A stretch of DNA of 64,000 bases from contig JBBRLQ010000031.1 of the NCBI GenBank assembly GCA_038231275.1, positions 1 through 64,000 of the forward strand, written 5' to 3'. Below the pieces are notes generated by a model, which had not been told where the DNA came from, searched no databases, and saw only the letters and a program-made list of their open reading frames with translations. Shown one piece after another: positions 49,823-60,421 of the stretch (positions within the stretch are counted from its first letter, which is position 1; each line of letters opens with the position of its first letter). The position numbers and the translations under genes are program-made. Source of the DNA: Polyangiales bacterium. Lineage in GTDB: Bacteria > Myxococcota_A > Polyangia > Polyangiales > Polyangiaceae.

Positions 49823-50377
49823 ATGAGGTTATCCAAGACGGCGCGGCGCATCGCGCTGGGCTCGATACTGGCAGCGACGGCCATCTCGGTGTCGGGTACG
49901 GCGCTGGCGGCGTTCCAGGCGCACATCTCGATCAAGGGAAAGAAGCAGGGGCAGTTCAAGGGGGAGGGCCAAGACAAGCGCAAGGACAAGTGGATGCCGG
50001 TCCTCTCGCTCTCGTTCGGCGTCAAGTCCCCGCGCGACACCGCCACCGGCCAGGCCACCGGCAGGCGCCAGTACGAGCCGGTGTGCTTCACGAAGGAGGC
50101 GGGCAGCGCGACGCCGCAGATCCTGACCGCGGTCGCCACCAACGAAGTGCTCTCCGAGGTGAGCTTCGAGCTCACCAAGGCCGGCCCGGGCGGCGAAGAA
50201 TATGTCTACCAGACGATCAAGCTCACCGACGCGACGGTCTCCAGCGCGCGGCAGCACATGGAAGCCGCGCCGACCAAGGGGCCCGTCGACGAGGTCTGCT
50301 TCACGTTCCGCAAGATCGACGTCGAGAACAGGGACGGCAAGACCTCCTACGCCGACGACTGGACCGCGACGCCGTGA
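49823..50377 (+). CDS. hcp: Hcp/TssD-family tube protein with an N-terminal Sec signal peptide (orphan)
   Basis: SD GAGGAG; signal ending ALA; IKGKKQG.FKGE, SPRD.ATGQATGRRQYEP..FTK...ATPQ, NEVL, I.LTDA.V, FTFRKI, DDW. Confidence 0.88.
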   Translation: MRLSKTARRIALGSILAATAISVSGTALAAFQAHISIKGKKQGQFKGEGQDKRKDKWMPVLSLSFGVKSPRDTATGQATGRRQYEPVCFTKEAGSATPQILTAVATNEVLSEVSFELTKAGPGGEEYVYQTIKLTDATVSSARQHMEAAPTKGPVDEVCFTFRKIDVENRDGKTSYADDWTATP

Positions 50378-50414
50378 TGCGGGTCGACCTCTGCACCGCC
50401 CAAGGGAGGCGAGG

Positions 50415-51170
50415 CTAGAACCGCTCTTTCGGCTCCTCTTTGCTCAACACCTGCACGTTCGGCAGAACCTCTTTCGCGAACCGGTCGCGCACGTCTTTCG
50501 CGCGGGGCTCGTCGTCGCGCGAGGGGATCGCGACGCCCACGACAAGGCACGCCTCCTTCCCCCATACCGGGTAGGTTCCATACGCCGCCGCGTACGACTC
50601 ACGCGACGCCATGGTGGCCGTCCTCGCCATCACGGGATCGATGTCGATCGGCACCGGCGCGATCTTCGCGCCCCCGGGCACCTTGTTCCACATGACCGCG
50701 ACCGGCGCGTCGTGCTTCAGCTCGACGTCGAACGCTTCGAGCATCGGCGTCGCCAGCACCTCGAAGCTCTTCGCGCACGCGCCCTGTACGCTGTTGTCCT
50801 CCACGTGCGTGATGAACGCCGCGACGATCGCGTGATGATCCTTGCCGTAGCGGAAGCCCACGAGGCTCGGCACGCCCCAGAACCGAACGCGCATCCAATG
50901 CTCCGCGTCCGGGAGCGGCACGCGAATGCTGTTCTGCTTGTCGGTGCGGCCGTCGCTCACGCCGATCTTGAGCTGCTCAAGCGCCGCCGAGTGCTCGCTC
51001 CCGCCCTTGCCCTTGTCGCCGTTCGCGGTCGACCCGTCGTCCTTCGGAGGCGGCGCGGCCATGACCACGCGCAGCGGTTGCGTGGACGAGCTGCACCCGA
51101 CCGCCGCGAGCGCCGCGAGCACCGCCGGAAAAAAAGCAATCGTTGCGGCGGCTCGCGTCATCTCCTTCAT
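50415..51170 (-). CDS. Hypothetical lipoprotein
   Basis: AVGC lipobox; good codon bias; no family recognised. Confidence 0.65.
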   Translation of the reverse strand: MKEMTRAAATIAFFPAVLAALAAVGCSSSTQPLRVVMAAPPPKDDGSTANGDKGKGGSEHSAALEQLKIGVSDGRTDKQNSIRVPLPDAEHWMRVRFWGVPSLVGFRYGKDHHAIVAAFITHVEDNSVQGACAKSFEVLATPMLEAFDVELKHDAPVAVMWNKVPGGAKIAPVPIDIDPVMARTATMASRESYAAAYGTYPVWGKEACLVVGVAIPSRDDEPRAKDVRDRFAKEVLPNVQVLSKEEPKERF

Positions 51171-51279
51171 CTTGGACGAAACACCGCCCCGGCGCATTCC
51201 AATCTTGGCGACAAGTTGGCGGCCTGGGGTGCGTTCGGGGCGATTTTGCGGTAAAGCCGTGGCTCAGGAAAACCCCATC

Positions 51280-53076
<1,797 letters not shown>

Positions 53077-53111
53077 CGCGCCTGTCGAAATCGCGTTAGC
53101 CTAGCGCGTCG

Positions 53112-55109
53112 ATGGCCACTGCTGCCCGTCCTTCCGGGTCCGACGCGCGTCTTCTCTCGGCGCTCGAGCGGGCGTTCGCGAAGCACGCAGGCGCCGATGG
53201 GGTCATCGACGTCGCCGAGCTGAAGAGGGCGCTGGGGCTACGGAGCGAGTACCTGGCGCGGCGCGTCTTGACGGCGTTCGATCTCGACGGCGACGGCGTC
53301 ATCAGGAAGGACGAGTTCCTCGAGGGCGTGCGCAAGCTTTGCCTCGGGAGCGACACCGAGAAGCTCATGTTCGCGTTTCGTCTCCATGACCACGACGGGG
53401 ACGGGACGCTGAGCCGTGACGAGCTCTTTCGCATGATCGCGATCGGGCTCGCCGAGAACGACGTGGCCGAGCGCGCGACGCAGCCGCCCGACGCGCTCGC
53501 CAAGGCGCTCTTCAACATGGCGGACACGAACAAGGACGGGAAGATCTCGTTCGAGGAGTTCGAGGCCGTCGTACGGCGGCGGCCGGCGCTGCTCGAGAAG
53601 ATGACGCGCAGCGAGGCGGTGTGGATCGCACCGAACGAGGATCTGCTCGTCTGGCTCGACCCGCACCAGGCGCGCGAATCGCGGTTCTCTCGCCTGCTCG
53701 AGAACGGGTGGGCGCCGGTCGTCCTCTTGGTCCTCTGGGCGGCCGTCAACGTCGGCCTCTTCGTGAACGCGATGATTCGCGGCGCGCACGACGGCGCGAA
53801 CCCCATCAACCAGGCCGGCCGCGCGCTCGGCGCGTGCATCAACTTCGACGGCGCGCTCCTCCTCTTCCCGGTGATGCGTCGCCTCCTCACCTGGGTGCGC
53901 TCGACCTGGCTCGGCCGCGCGATCCCGGTCGACGAGGCGATCACGTTCCACCGCATCGTCGGGCACACGCTGGTGGCGCTCGGCGTCGCGCACGGCACTG
54001 CGCTCTTGGTGAGCTACGGAATCGGACACCGGAGCGGCTCTGTCGAGCACCTCCTCTTCGTCACCGAGCGCGGGCTCACCGGCGTCGGGCTCCTGATCGT
54101 CATCTTCGTGATGTGGGTCTTCGCGCTCGCGCTCGTGCGCAGATCGGCCAAATTCGAGCTCTTTTACTTCACGCACCTCCTCTACGTGGTGTGGTTCGCC
54201 CTCGCGATCGCGCACGCGCCGCAGTTTCTGTTCTGGGCCGGCGTGCCGCTGCTCGGCTTCGTCATCGAGCAGATCTTGCGCCTCGCGCGGCGCGGAAAGA
54301 AGACGGTCGTTGCCGGCGCGCAGGCGCTGCGGTCCGGCGTGACGCGCCTCGAGCTGTCCAAGCCGAAGGGCTTCGCGCACCGGGCCGGCGACTATGTCTT
54401 TCTCCGCATCCCCGAGATCGCCAAGCACGAATGGCATCCGTTCACCGTGTCGAGCGCGCCGGAGAACGAGACGCTCACGGTCCACGTCCGCACGCTCGGC
54501 AACTGGACGACCGCGCTTCGGACCCGCGTAGAGCGCGACGAGGCGACGCCCGGTGGAGCGCAGCTCGTCGCGTTCGTCGACGGCCCCTACGGTTCGCCGA
54601 GCGCGCACATCGAGCGGTCGCGCCACGCGGTCTTCATCGGCGCGGGCATCGGCGTGACGCCGTTCGCCGCGGTGCTCGAGAGCCTCGTGCGCCGCGAGAC
54701 GAGCGCGCACCCCTCGAAGCTCGAGAAGGTGCATTTCTTTTGGCTCAACAAGGACCAATATTCGTTCGAGTGGTTCGCCTCGCTCTTGAAGGAGCTCGAG
54801 AAAATCGACGAGAAGGCGCTCCTCGACATCCACCTCTGCATGACCGCGGGCCGCACCGGCGCCACGGCGCTCGCCCTCGAGGTCGCGCGCGAGATCCTCC
54901 ACGCGTCGGGGCGCAGCGACATCATCACCGGCCTCCGAACGCACACTCACATGGGCCACCCCGACTGGGAGAAGATGCTCGGCGCGATCAAAGTGCAGCA
55001 CGCGCCGAACAAGGTGGACGTGTACTTCTGCGGCCCCGTCGGGCTCGCCAACAAGATCCGCGTCGTGAGCCAGCACCTCGGCATGAGCTTCCGCCGGGAG
55101 CAGTTCTGA
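53112..55109 (+). CDS. EF-hand-containing NADPH oxidase (NOX5/RBOH-like ferric reductase superfamily)
   Basis: Four EF-hands; 6-TM heme-b domain with H280/H294 and H355/H368; HPFT, DGPYG, GAGIGVTPF, FEWF, FCGP, C-terminal EQF. Confidence 0.93.
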   Translation: MATAARPSGSDARLLSALERAFAKHAGADGVIDVAELKRALGLRSEYLARRVLTAFDLDGDGVIRKDEFLEGVRKLCLGSDTEKLMFAFRLHDHDGDGTLSRDELFRMIAIGLAENDVAERATQPPDALAKALFNMADTNKDGKISFEEFEAVVRRRPALLEKMTRSEAVWIAPNEDLLVWLDPHQARESRFSRLLENGWAPVVLLVLWAAVNVGLFVNAMIRGAHDGANPINQAGRALGACINFDGALLLFPVMRRLLTWVRSTWLGRAIPVDEAITFHRIVGHTLVALGVAHGTALLVSYGIGHRSGSVEHLLFVTERGLTGVGLLIVIFVMWVFALALVRRSAKFELFYFTHLLYVVWFALAIAHAPQFLFWAGVPLLGFVIEQILRLARRGKKTVVAGAQALRSGVTRLELSKPKGFAHRAGDYVFLRIPEIAKHEWHPFTVSSAPENETLTVHVRTLGNWTTALRTRVERDEATPGGAQLVAFVDGPYGSPSAHIERSRHAVFIGAGIGVTPFAAVLESLVRRETSAHPSKLEKVHFFWLNKDQYSFEWFASLLKELEKIDEKALLDIHLCMTAGRTGATALALEVAREILHASGRSDIITGLRTHTHMGHPDWEKMLGAIKVQHAPNKVDVYFCGPVGLANKIRVVSQHLGMSFRREQF

Positions 55110-55768
55110 TGCGTGTGCGCGCGCTCGAGATCGTGCTCGGCCTGACGGTGCTCTTCGGCGCGGCGAGCGCGGGGTGCCAGGGCACGGTCGTCGCCGCTGC
55201 CGATGGGGACGGCGGCACGAAGGCCATGGGGCCTTCGTGCGCGAGCTGCCACATGGCCGACTACCTCCAGGTGAGGACGCCGCCGCACGAGGGCGTGAAG
55301 CCGACCGCGTGCGCCGTGTGCCATACGCAGACCGGCTGGCATCCTTCTGTGCTCGATCACCCGTGGCCGCTCACCGGCAAGCACGAGAAGACCGACTGCT
55401 TTCTCTGCCACAAGGACAAGCCGCCGGTCTTCAAGGGGACGAAGAAGGCCTGCTACGCGTGCCACGCCGCCGAGTACGACAAGCCACCGTTCGCCGATCA
55501 CATGCTCTTCCAGAAGGCGTGCGAGGAGTGCCACACGACGACGGACTGGAAGACGCTCGTGCCGCACCCGATCTGGCCGCCGGAGCCGGCGAAGGAAGAG
55601 GACGCGGGCGCGCAGCACGACGCCGGCCACGCCGAGCCGCACGACGCCGGCGCGGGGGTCAAGCCGAAGCCAAAGCCGCCGCCGCCCAAGCCGACGGGCT
55701 CACCGACGACGCCGCCAACGGGCAAGCCGCCGGACGTGACGACCGGCGGGAGTCGGCACGGTCGGTAG
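55109..55768 (+). CDS. Pentaheme c-type cytochrome lipoprotein
   Basis: ATG overlaps the NOX stop (TGATG); SAGC lipobox; CASCH, CAVCH, CFLCH, CYACH, CEECH; Pro/Lys-rich tail. Confidence 0.9.
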   Translation: MRVRALEIVLGLTVLFGAASAGCQGTVVAAADGDGGTKAMGPSCASCHMADYLQVRTPPHEGVKPTACAVCHTQTGWHPSVLDHPWPLTGKHEKTDCFLCHKDKPPVFKGTKKACYACHAAEYDKPPFADHMLFQKACEECHTTTDWKTLVPHPIWPPEPAKEEDAGAQHDAGHAEPHDAGAGVKPKPKPPPPKPTGSPTTPPTGKPPDVTTGGSRHGR

Positions 55769-55777
55769 CGCGTTCGA

Positions 55778-55999
55778 TCACGCCGCGCGCTTGATGCAGC
55801 AAGCCCAGCGCATGCCGTCCTGCGACGTGAAGTCGACGTGCCTGTCCGTGTCGTAATACGGCACGATGTGGAGGCGGCCCGGGCGCGGAAGGAAGGGGAC
55901 CTCGATGCCAAGCATGGAGCCGGGGACACCGACCAGGACCGGCGGGATGACCTGCTCGGCCAGCTCGTTGCGCATCCAAAAGTGCCTGAGCATCATCAT
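55778..55999 (-). CDS. Small hypothetical protein (73 aa)
   Basis: Strong GC3 codon bias from MMMLRHFW to WACCIKRAA. Confidence 0.5.
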   Translation of the reverse strand: MMMLRHFWMRNELAEQVIPPVLVGVPGSMLGIEVPFLPRPGRLHIVPYYDTDRHVDFTSQDGMRWACCIKRAA

Positions 56000-56099
56000 G
56001 GGCGACTGACGCCACCCGACCGACGTTGTCGCACCGAAAAACGACGCGATTGAGACTCCGCGGAGGCGCGGCGAGAACCCGCGTCTTTCGGGGCAGTTG

Positions 56100-56594
56100 C
56101 TAGCGTTTGCTCCGCGCAGCTGCCTTCTTCGGCGCGGGCTCATTGGCCGCGGCCTTCTTGGGGGCCGGCTTCTTCTTTGGCGCGGCGGCCACCTTCGCCG
56201 GGGCCGCGATCGCGCGCTTCACGGTTGGCTTCGCCGCCTCGACGCGCGCCGGGCCCTTCTTCGACGCGGTTTGCGCGAGGGCGTGCGCTCTTCGGACCCA
56301 GGCGCCGAGGCGCAGGCCGTCGCCGTGCATCACGGCGGGCAAGAGCACCCAGTGGCTCATCGTCATGGTTCCGGCGACCCACGGCGACGCGCCCGGCATT
56401 TTCATCGCCTCCGAGTAGGCGATCTCGTTCGGCAGGCGGACGCCGATGCGCCCGAGCTTCCACACGAGGCCGAAGATGTTCCCGCTGGCGAAGAGGCCAT
56501 CGCACCCGAACATGCGTTTCTTGGACACCCCCGCGAGCCCATTGGCCGCGGCGTCCAGCACCGCCGCGAGCTCGTCGAGCGAAACGTCTGCCAA
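56100..56594 (-). CDS. TfoX/Sxy N-terminal domain protein with Lys/Ala-rich tail
   Basis: KRMFG..GLF..G.IFG motif, MSHWV; SD GGAGG before the TTG. Confidence 0.78.
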   Translation of the reverse strand: MADVSLDELAAVLDAAANGLAGVSKKRMFGCDGLFASGNIFGLVWKLGRIGVRLPNEIAYSEAMKMPGASPWVAGTMTMSHWVLLPAVMHGDGLRLGAWVRRAHALAQTASKKGPARVEAAKPTVKRAIAAPAKVAAAPKKKPAPKKAAANEPAPKKAAARSKR

Positions 56595-56667
56595 GAGTCA
56601 CCTCCGATTTCCGGGTGGAGGATACCTGCAACCAACGGAAATGCTTGTCGGTTCGCGGACACCGAAC

Positions 56668-56745
56668 TGAACGCGTTCAAAATCGTGCTTGCCGGCGTGA
56701 ATCACGACCCTATCCTCTTCGTCGGACGTTTTGAACACGTTCAAA
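56668..56745. promoter_or_regulatory. Two palindromic operator sites TGAAC-N2-GTTCA (likely TetR operators)
   Basis: TGAACGCGTTCA at 56668-56679 and TTTGAACACGTTCAAA at 56730-56745, upstream of an operon ending in a TetR gene. Confidence 0.7.
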
Positions 56746-56764
56746 TAACCTCAAAGGAGGCCTC

Positions 56765-57232
56765 ATGGAACCGTCCACCTCGTTCCTCGTCCCCGTTTAC
56801 GGCGCGTATGCCCTCGTCAGCGTCACGCTGACCATCTTCCTCGCGCGGACGCTCTTCAAGAACGGCGCGGTGTTCCTGGAGGACGTCTTCAAGGACACGC
56901 CGAAGATGGCCGACGCCGTGAACCACCTGCTCGTCGTCGGGTTCTACCTGCTGAACCTCGGCTACGCGTCCCTCATCATGAAGGCCAACGGCGGCACGAC
57001 GGTCATCGCGGCGGTCGAGGTGCTCGCGTGGAAGCTCGGCGCGCTGCTCATGTCGCTCGGCGTCATGCACTTCCTGAACATGTACCTCTTCTACCGGATC
57101 CGTCGGCGCGCGCGGATCGCCGTTCTGCCGCCGCCCGTCGCGCCGCAGATGCGCCTGCCCAACGGGAGCGGTGGGCAACCGTTTCCGAACGCGGCCGAGC
57201 CCGTGCACGCGTGGCGTCCGCAGAGGGCGTGA
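56765..57232 (+). CDS. Small integral membrane protein
   Basis: SD AAGGAGG; three TMs; NG.VFL.DVF...ADAVNHLLVVGFYL.NLG. Confidence 0.85.
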   Translation: MEPSTSFLVPVYGAYALVSVTLTIFLARTLFKNGAVFLEDVFKDTPKMADAVNHLLVVGFYLLNLGYASLIMKANGGTTVIAAVEVLAWKLGALLMSLGVMHFLNMYLFYRIRRRARIAVLPPPVAPQMRLPNGSGGQPFPNAAEPVHAWRPQRA

Positions 57233-57233
57233 C

Positions 57234-57665
57234 GTGGACTCCCTCTTGGTCCTCTACGACGAGCGCTGCGCGCTTTGTATTCGATGCCGCGACTGGCTGA
57301 TGCGGCAAAGGAGCTTCGTGCCGCTCGGCTTCCTCGCGTGCGGCTCGCACGAGGCGCGCAATCGCTACGGCGCGGTGCCGTGGCTCGGCGAGGAGCTCGT
57401 CGTGGTGAGCGACGATGGGGACGTGTGGGTCGGCCCCGCCGCGTTCCTCGTCGCGCTCTGGGCGCTCGAGGAGTGGCGCGAGTGGTCGTACCGCCTCAGC
57501 GGCCCCGAGCTCGCGCCGCTCGCCGAGCGGTTCTTTCACGCGATCAGCGGCAACCGGCGCGCGATCGCGGCGCTCCTCAAACCGGATCCGTGCGCGGGAG
57601 GCACGTGTAAGCTCCCGGCCGGCCACGCGGCGCCTCAGCACGCGCCGCGCGCCGCCTACCGATGA
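57234..57665 (+). CDS. DCC1-like thiol-disulfide oxidoreductase (DUF393)
   Basis: VLYDERCALC (DxxCxxC) N-terminal motif. Confidence 0.8.
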   Translation: MDSLLVLYDERCALCIRCRDWLMRQRSFVPLGFLACGSHEARNRYGAVPWLGEELVVVSDDGDVWVGPAAFLVALWALEEWREWSYRLSGPELAPLAERFFHAISGNRRAIAALLKPDPCAGGTCKLPAGHAAPQHAPRAAYR

Positions 57666-58348
57666 CGGACACGAAGAAGGCGACGCCGAAGAAGCGAGAG
57701 CTCACGCGCGAGAAGATCCTCGCGAGCGCGCTCTCGCTCTTTCGGCGTCGCGGCTTCGAGAAGACCACGATGCGCGACGTCGCGCGCGCGGCGAAGGTGG
57801 CCTTGGGCGCCGCGTATTATTACTTCCCTTCGAAGGAGGCGCTCGTCCTCGCCTACTACCACGACACGCAGGACGAGCACTCCCGGCGCGCGCGCGCGGC
57901 GATGGCCAAGGAGCCGACCTTGCGAGCGCGCCTCGGCGCCGTCATGCACACGAAGCTCGACGTGCTGGAGCGCGACCGCAAGCTCCTCGGAGCGATCTTC
58001 CGCAGCGTCGCCGATCCCGACGATCCGCTCAGCATCTTCGGTGCGACGTCCCGCGGCGTGCGCGAAGAGAGCCTCCAGCTCTTCGAAGACGCGCTCTCGA
58101 CCTCCCCCGACGCCGCCGGCGCGATGCTCGAGCCGGAGACGCGGCGCATCGTGTCGCGCGCTCTCTGGGGCCTGCACATGGGCCTCCTCCTCTATTACCT
58201 GCACGACGCCTCACCGGCTCAGGAAAAGACGCGCGCGCTGACCGACGGCGCGCTCGACCTGGCCGTGCAGCTCGTCTCGGTGGCGCCGCTTCTCGGCGGG
58301 CTCACCGATCCGCTGGCCGGGCTGCTGCGCGACGCAGGGCTCACCTGA
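57662..58348 (+). CDS. TetR family transcriptional regulator
   Basis: GFEKTTMRDVARAAKVALGAAYYYFPSKEAL HTH. Confidence 0.92.
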   Translation: MTDTKKATPKKRELTREKILASALSLFRRRGFEKTTMRDVARAAKVALGAAYYYFPSKEALVLAYYHDTQDEHSRRARAAMAKEPTLRARLGAVMHTKLDVLERDRKLLGAIFRSVADPDDPLSIFGATSRGVREESLQLFEDALSTSPDAAGAMLEPETRRIVSRALWGLHMGLLLYYLHDASPAQEKTRALTDGALDLAVQLVSVAPLLGGLTDPLAGLLRDAGLT

Positions 58349-58426
58349 CGACCTCACTGTAAAGCTCTGAAAAGAATGGACGTCGAGCCCCGGGGTTTTG
58401 GGTCAAACTGAGGGTAGCCGCAAAAA

Positions 58427-59716
58427 ATGGCGAGCCTCCCCAACAAGAGCACCTGGCCGAGGCGCATCCCCTGGATCGCGCTGCTCCTCGCCATCGTCGG
58501 AGGCGGCGTCGCGTACTGGCGCTACGTGCTCGCGCACCCGCCGCCGCCCATCACGTACAAGACCGCGCCGCTGGAGCGCCGGAAGATCACCGGGCGCGTC
58601 ACCGCGAGCGGCACGCTGCAGGCCGTCGTCACCGTGCAGGTCGGCACCCAAGTATCGGGGCGCCTCCAGAAGATCAACGTCGACTTCAACTCGCAGGTAA
58701 AAAAGGGCGAGCTGCTCGCGAAGATCGATCCCCAGCTGGTCCTGGCGAACGTCGCGCAGGCGCACGCCAACTACGTCTCGGCGCTCGCCGGCGTCGTCCA
58801 GGCAGAGGCGAAGTCGCGCGACGCCGAGCGCGTGTACAAGCGAACGAAGGCGCTGAACGAGCAGAACCTGGCCCCCCTCGCCGACGTCGAGACCGCCGAG
58901 ACGAGCCTCGCGGTCGCCAAGGCCGGAATCGACGTCGCGAAGGCGTCGCTCGAGCAGTCGAAGGCGCAGCTGAACCAGACCGAGGTGAACCTCTCGTACA
59001 CCAGCATCTTCTCGCCGATCGACGGCGTCGTGATCTCGCGCAGCGTCGACGTCGGGCAGACCGTCGCGGCGTCGCTCCAGGCGCCGGTGCTCTTCACGAT
59101 CGCCGAGGACCTACGCAAGATGCAGGTGAACACGAACGTCGCCGAGGGAGACGTCGGTCGCCTCGCCCCCGGCATGGCGACGTACTTCACGGTCGATGCG
59201 TTCCCCGGCCAGCGGTTCAACGGGAAGATCTCGCAGATCCGGAACGCGGCGCAGACCGTCCAGAACGTGGTCACGTACGACGCGGTCGTCGACGTCGACA
59301 ACTCCGATCTGAAGCTGCGCCCCGGCATGACCGCGAACGTGACGGTGATCTTCGATTCGCGCGACGCGGCGCTCGCGATGCCAAACGCCGCCATGCGCTT
59401 CAAGCCGCCGCCCGCGATGCTCGGCGCGTCGAGCGCATCCAGCGCGGCGGCAGCGCCGACCGGCAGCGGCTTGGGCCAGGGCGGGCAGCGACGACAGCGC
59501 GGCGAGAAAGAGACCGACACGCGCACCGTCTGGGTGCTGCACGGCAACGCGGCGACCCAGGTGACGATCAAGCTCGGCCTCTCCGACGGAACCGTCACCG
59601 AGGTCGTGAGCGGCGACGTCAAGGAGGGCGACCTCGTCGTCACCGACGCGACCTCCGCGACCGGCGCGCCCACAGCGGCCGGCGCCAGCCCGGTGCGCGC
59701 GGGCAGGATGTTCTGA
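58427..59716 (+). CDS. MacA-like efflux periplasmic adaptor subunit
   Basis: TM, VGTQVSG...VKKGELLA, SPIDGVV, LRPGMTA. Confidence 0.92.
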   Translation: MASLPNKSTWPRRIPWIALLLAIVGGGVAYWRYVLAHPPPPITYKTAPLERRKITGRVTASGTLQAVVTVQVGTQVSGRLQKINVDFNSQVKKGELLAKIDPQLVLANVAQAHANYVSALAGVVQAEAKSRDAERVYKRTKALNEQNLAPLADVETAETSLAVAKAGIDVAKASLEQSKAQLNQTEVNLSYTSIFSPIDGVVISRSVDVGQTVAASLQAPVLFTIAEDLRKMQVNTNVAEGDVGRLAPGMATYFTVDAFPGQRFNGKISQIRNAAQTVQNVVTYDAVVDVDNSDLKLRPGMTANVTVIFDSRDAALAMPNAAMRFKPPPAMLGASSASSAAAAPTGSGLGQGGQRRQRGEKETDTRTVWVLHGNAATQVTIKLGLSDGTVTEVVSGDVKEGDLVVTDATSATGAPTAAGASPVRAGRMF

Positions 59717-60420
59717 TGGCCGAGCCGCTCATCGAGCTGACCGATCTCACGAAGATCTACGTCACCGGCGACGTCGAGCTGCACGCGCTCGACGGCGTGT
59801 CGCTCACGATCACCGAGGGGGAGTTCGTGGCGATCATGGGGTCGAGTGGCTCCGGAAAATCCACGATGATGAACGTCATCGGCTGCCTCGATCGCCCGAC
59901 CCTCGGCACCTATCGCCTCAGCGGTCGCGAGGTCAGCGGCATGAGCAAGAGCGATCTCGCCGAGGTCAGAAACCAGCTCATCGGCTTCGTGTTCCAGCAG
60001 TTCAATTTGCTCGCGCGCACCAGCGCGGTCGAGAACGTCGAGCTGCCCCTCGTCTACGCCGGCGTCGGCTCGCGTGAGCGACGGCGGCGCGCCACCCACG
60101 CGCTCGAGCGGGTCGGCCTCAGCCAGCGCCTCGAGCACCACCCCAATCAGCTCTCGGGCGGCCAGCAGCAGCGCGTCGCGATCGCACGCGCGCTCGTCAA
60201 CGAGCCCAAGGTCATCCTGGCAGACGAGCCCACCGGCGCGCTCGACTCCAAGACGAGCGTGGAGGTGATGGCGCTCTTCCAGGAGCTCTGGCACGCGGGG
60301 ATCACCGTCGTCGTCGTCACCCACGAGCCCGACATCGCCGCGTACGCATCGCGCGTCGTCGTCATGCGCGACGGCAAGGTCCTCTCCGACGAACGCCACG
60401 AGCCAGAAAAGGCGGCGTGA
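59716..60420 (+). CDS. ABC transporter ATP-binding protein (MacB/LolD-like)
   Basis: [26 protein letters not shown]. Confidence 0.95.
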   Translation: MAEPLIELTDLTKIYVTGDVELHALDGVSLTITEGEFVAIMGSSGSGKSTMMNVIGCLDRPTLGTYRLSGREVSGMSKSDLAEVRNQLIGFVFQQFNLLARTSAVENVELPLVYAGVGSRERRRRATHALERVGLSQRLEHHPNQLSGGQQQRVAIARALVNEPKVILADEPTGALDSKTSVEVMALFQELWHAGITVVVVTHEPDIAAYASRVVVMRDGKVLSDERHEPEKAA

Positions 60421-60421
60421 C

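Noticed and set aside
53621..55108. 715-aa ORF suggesting a long N-terminus on the cytochrome
   Set aside because: Off-frame read-through of the NOX gene; the signal peptide begins at ATG 55109.
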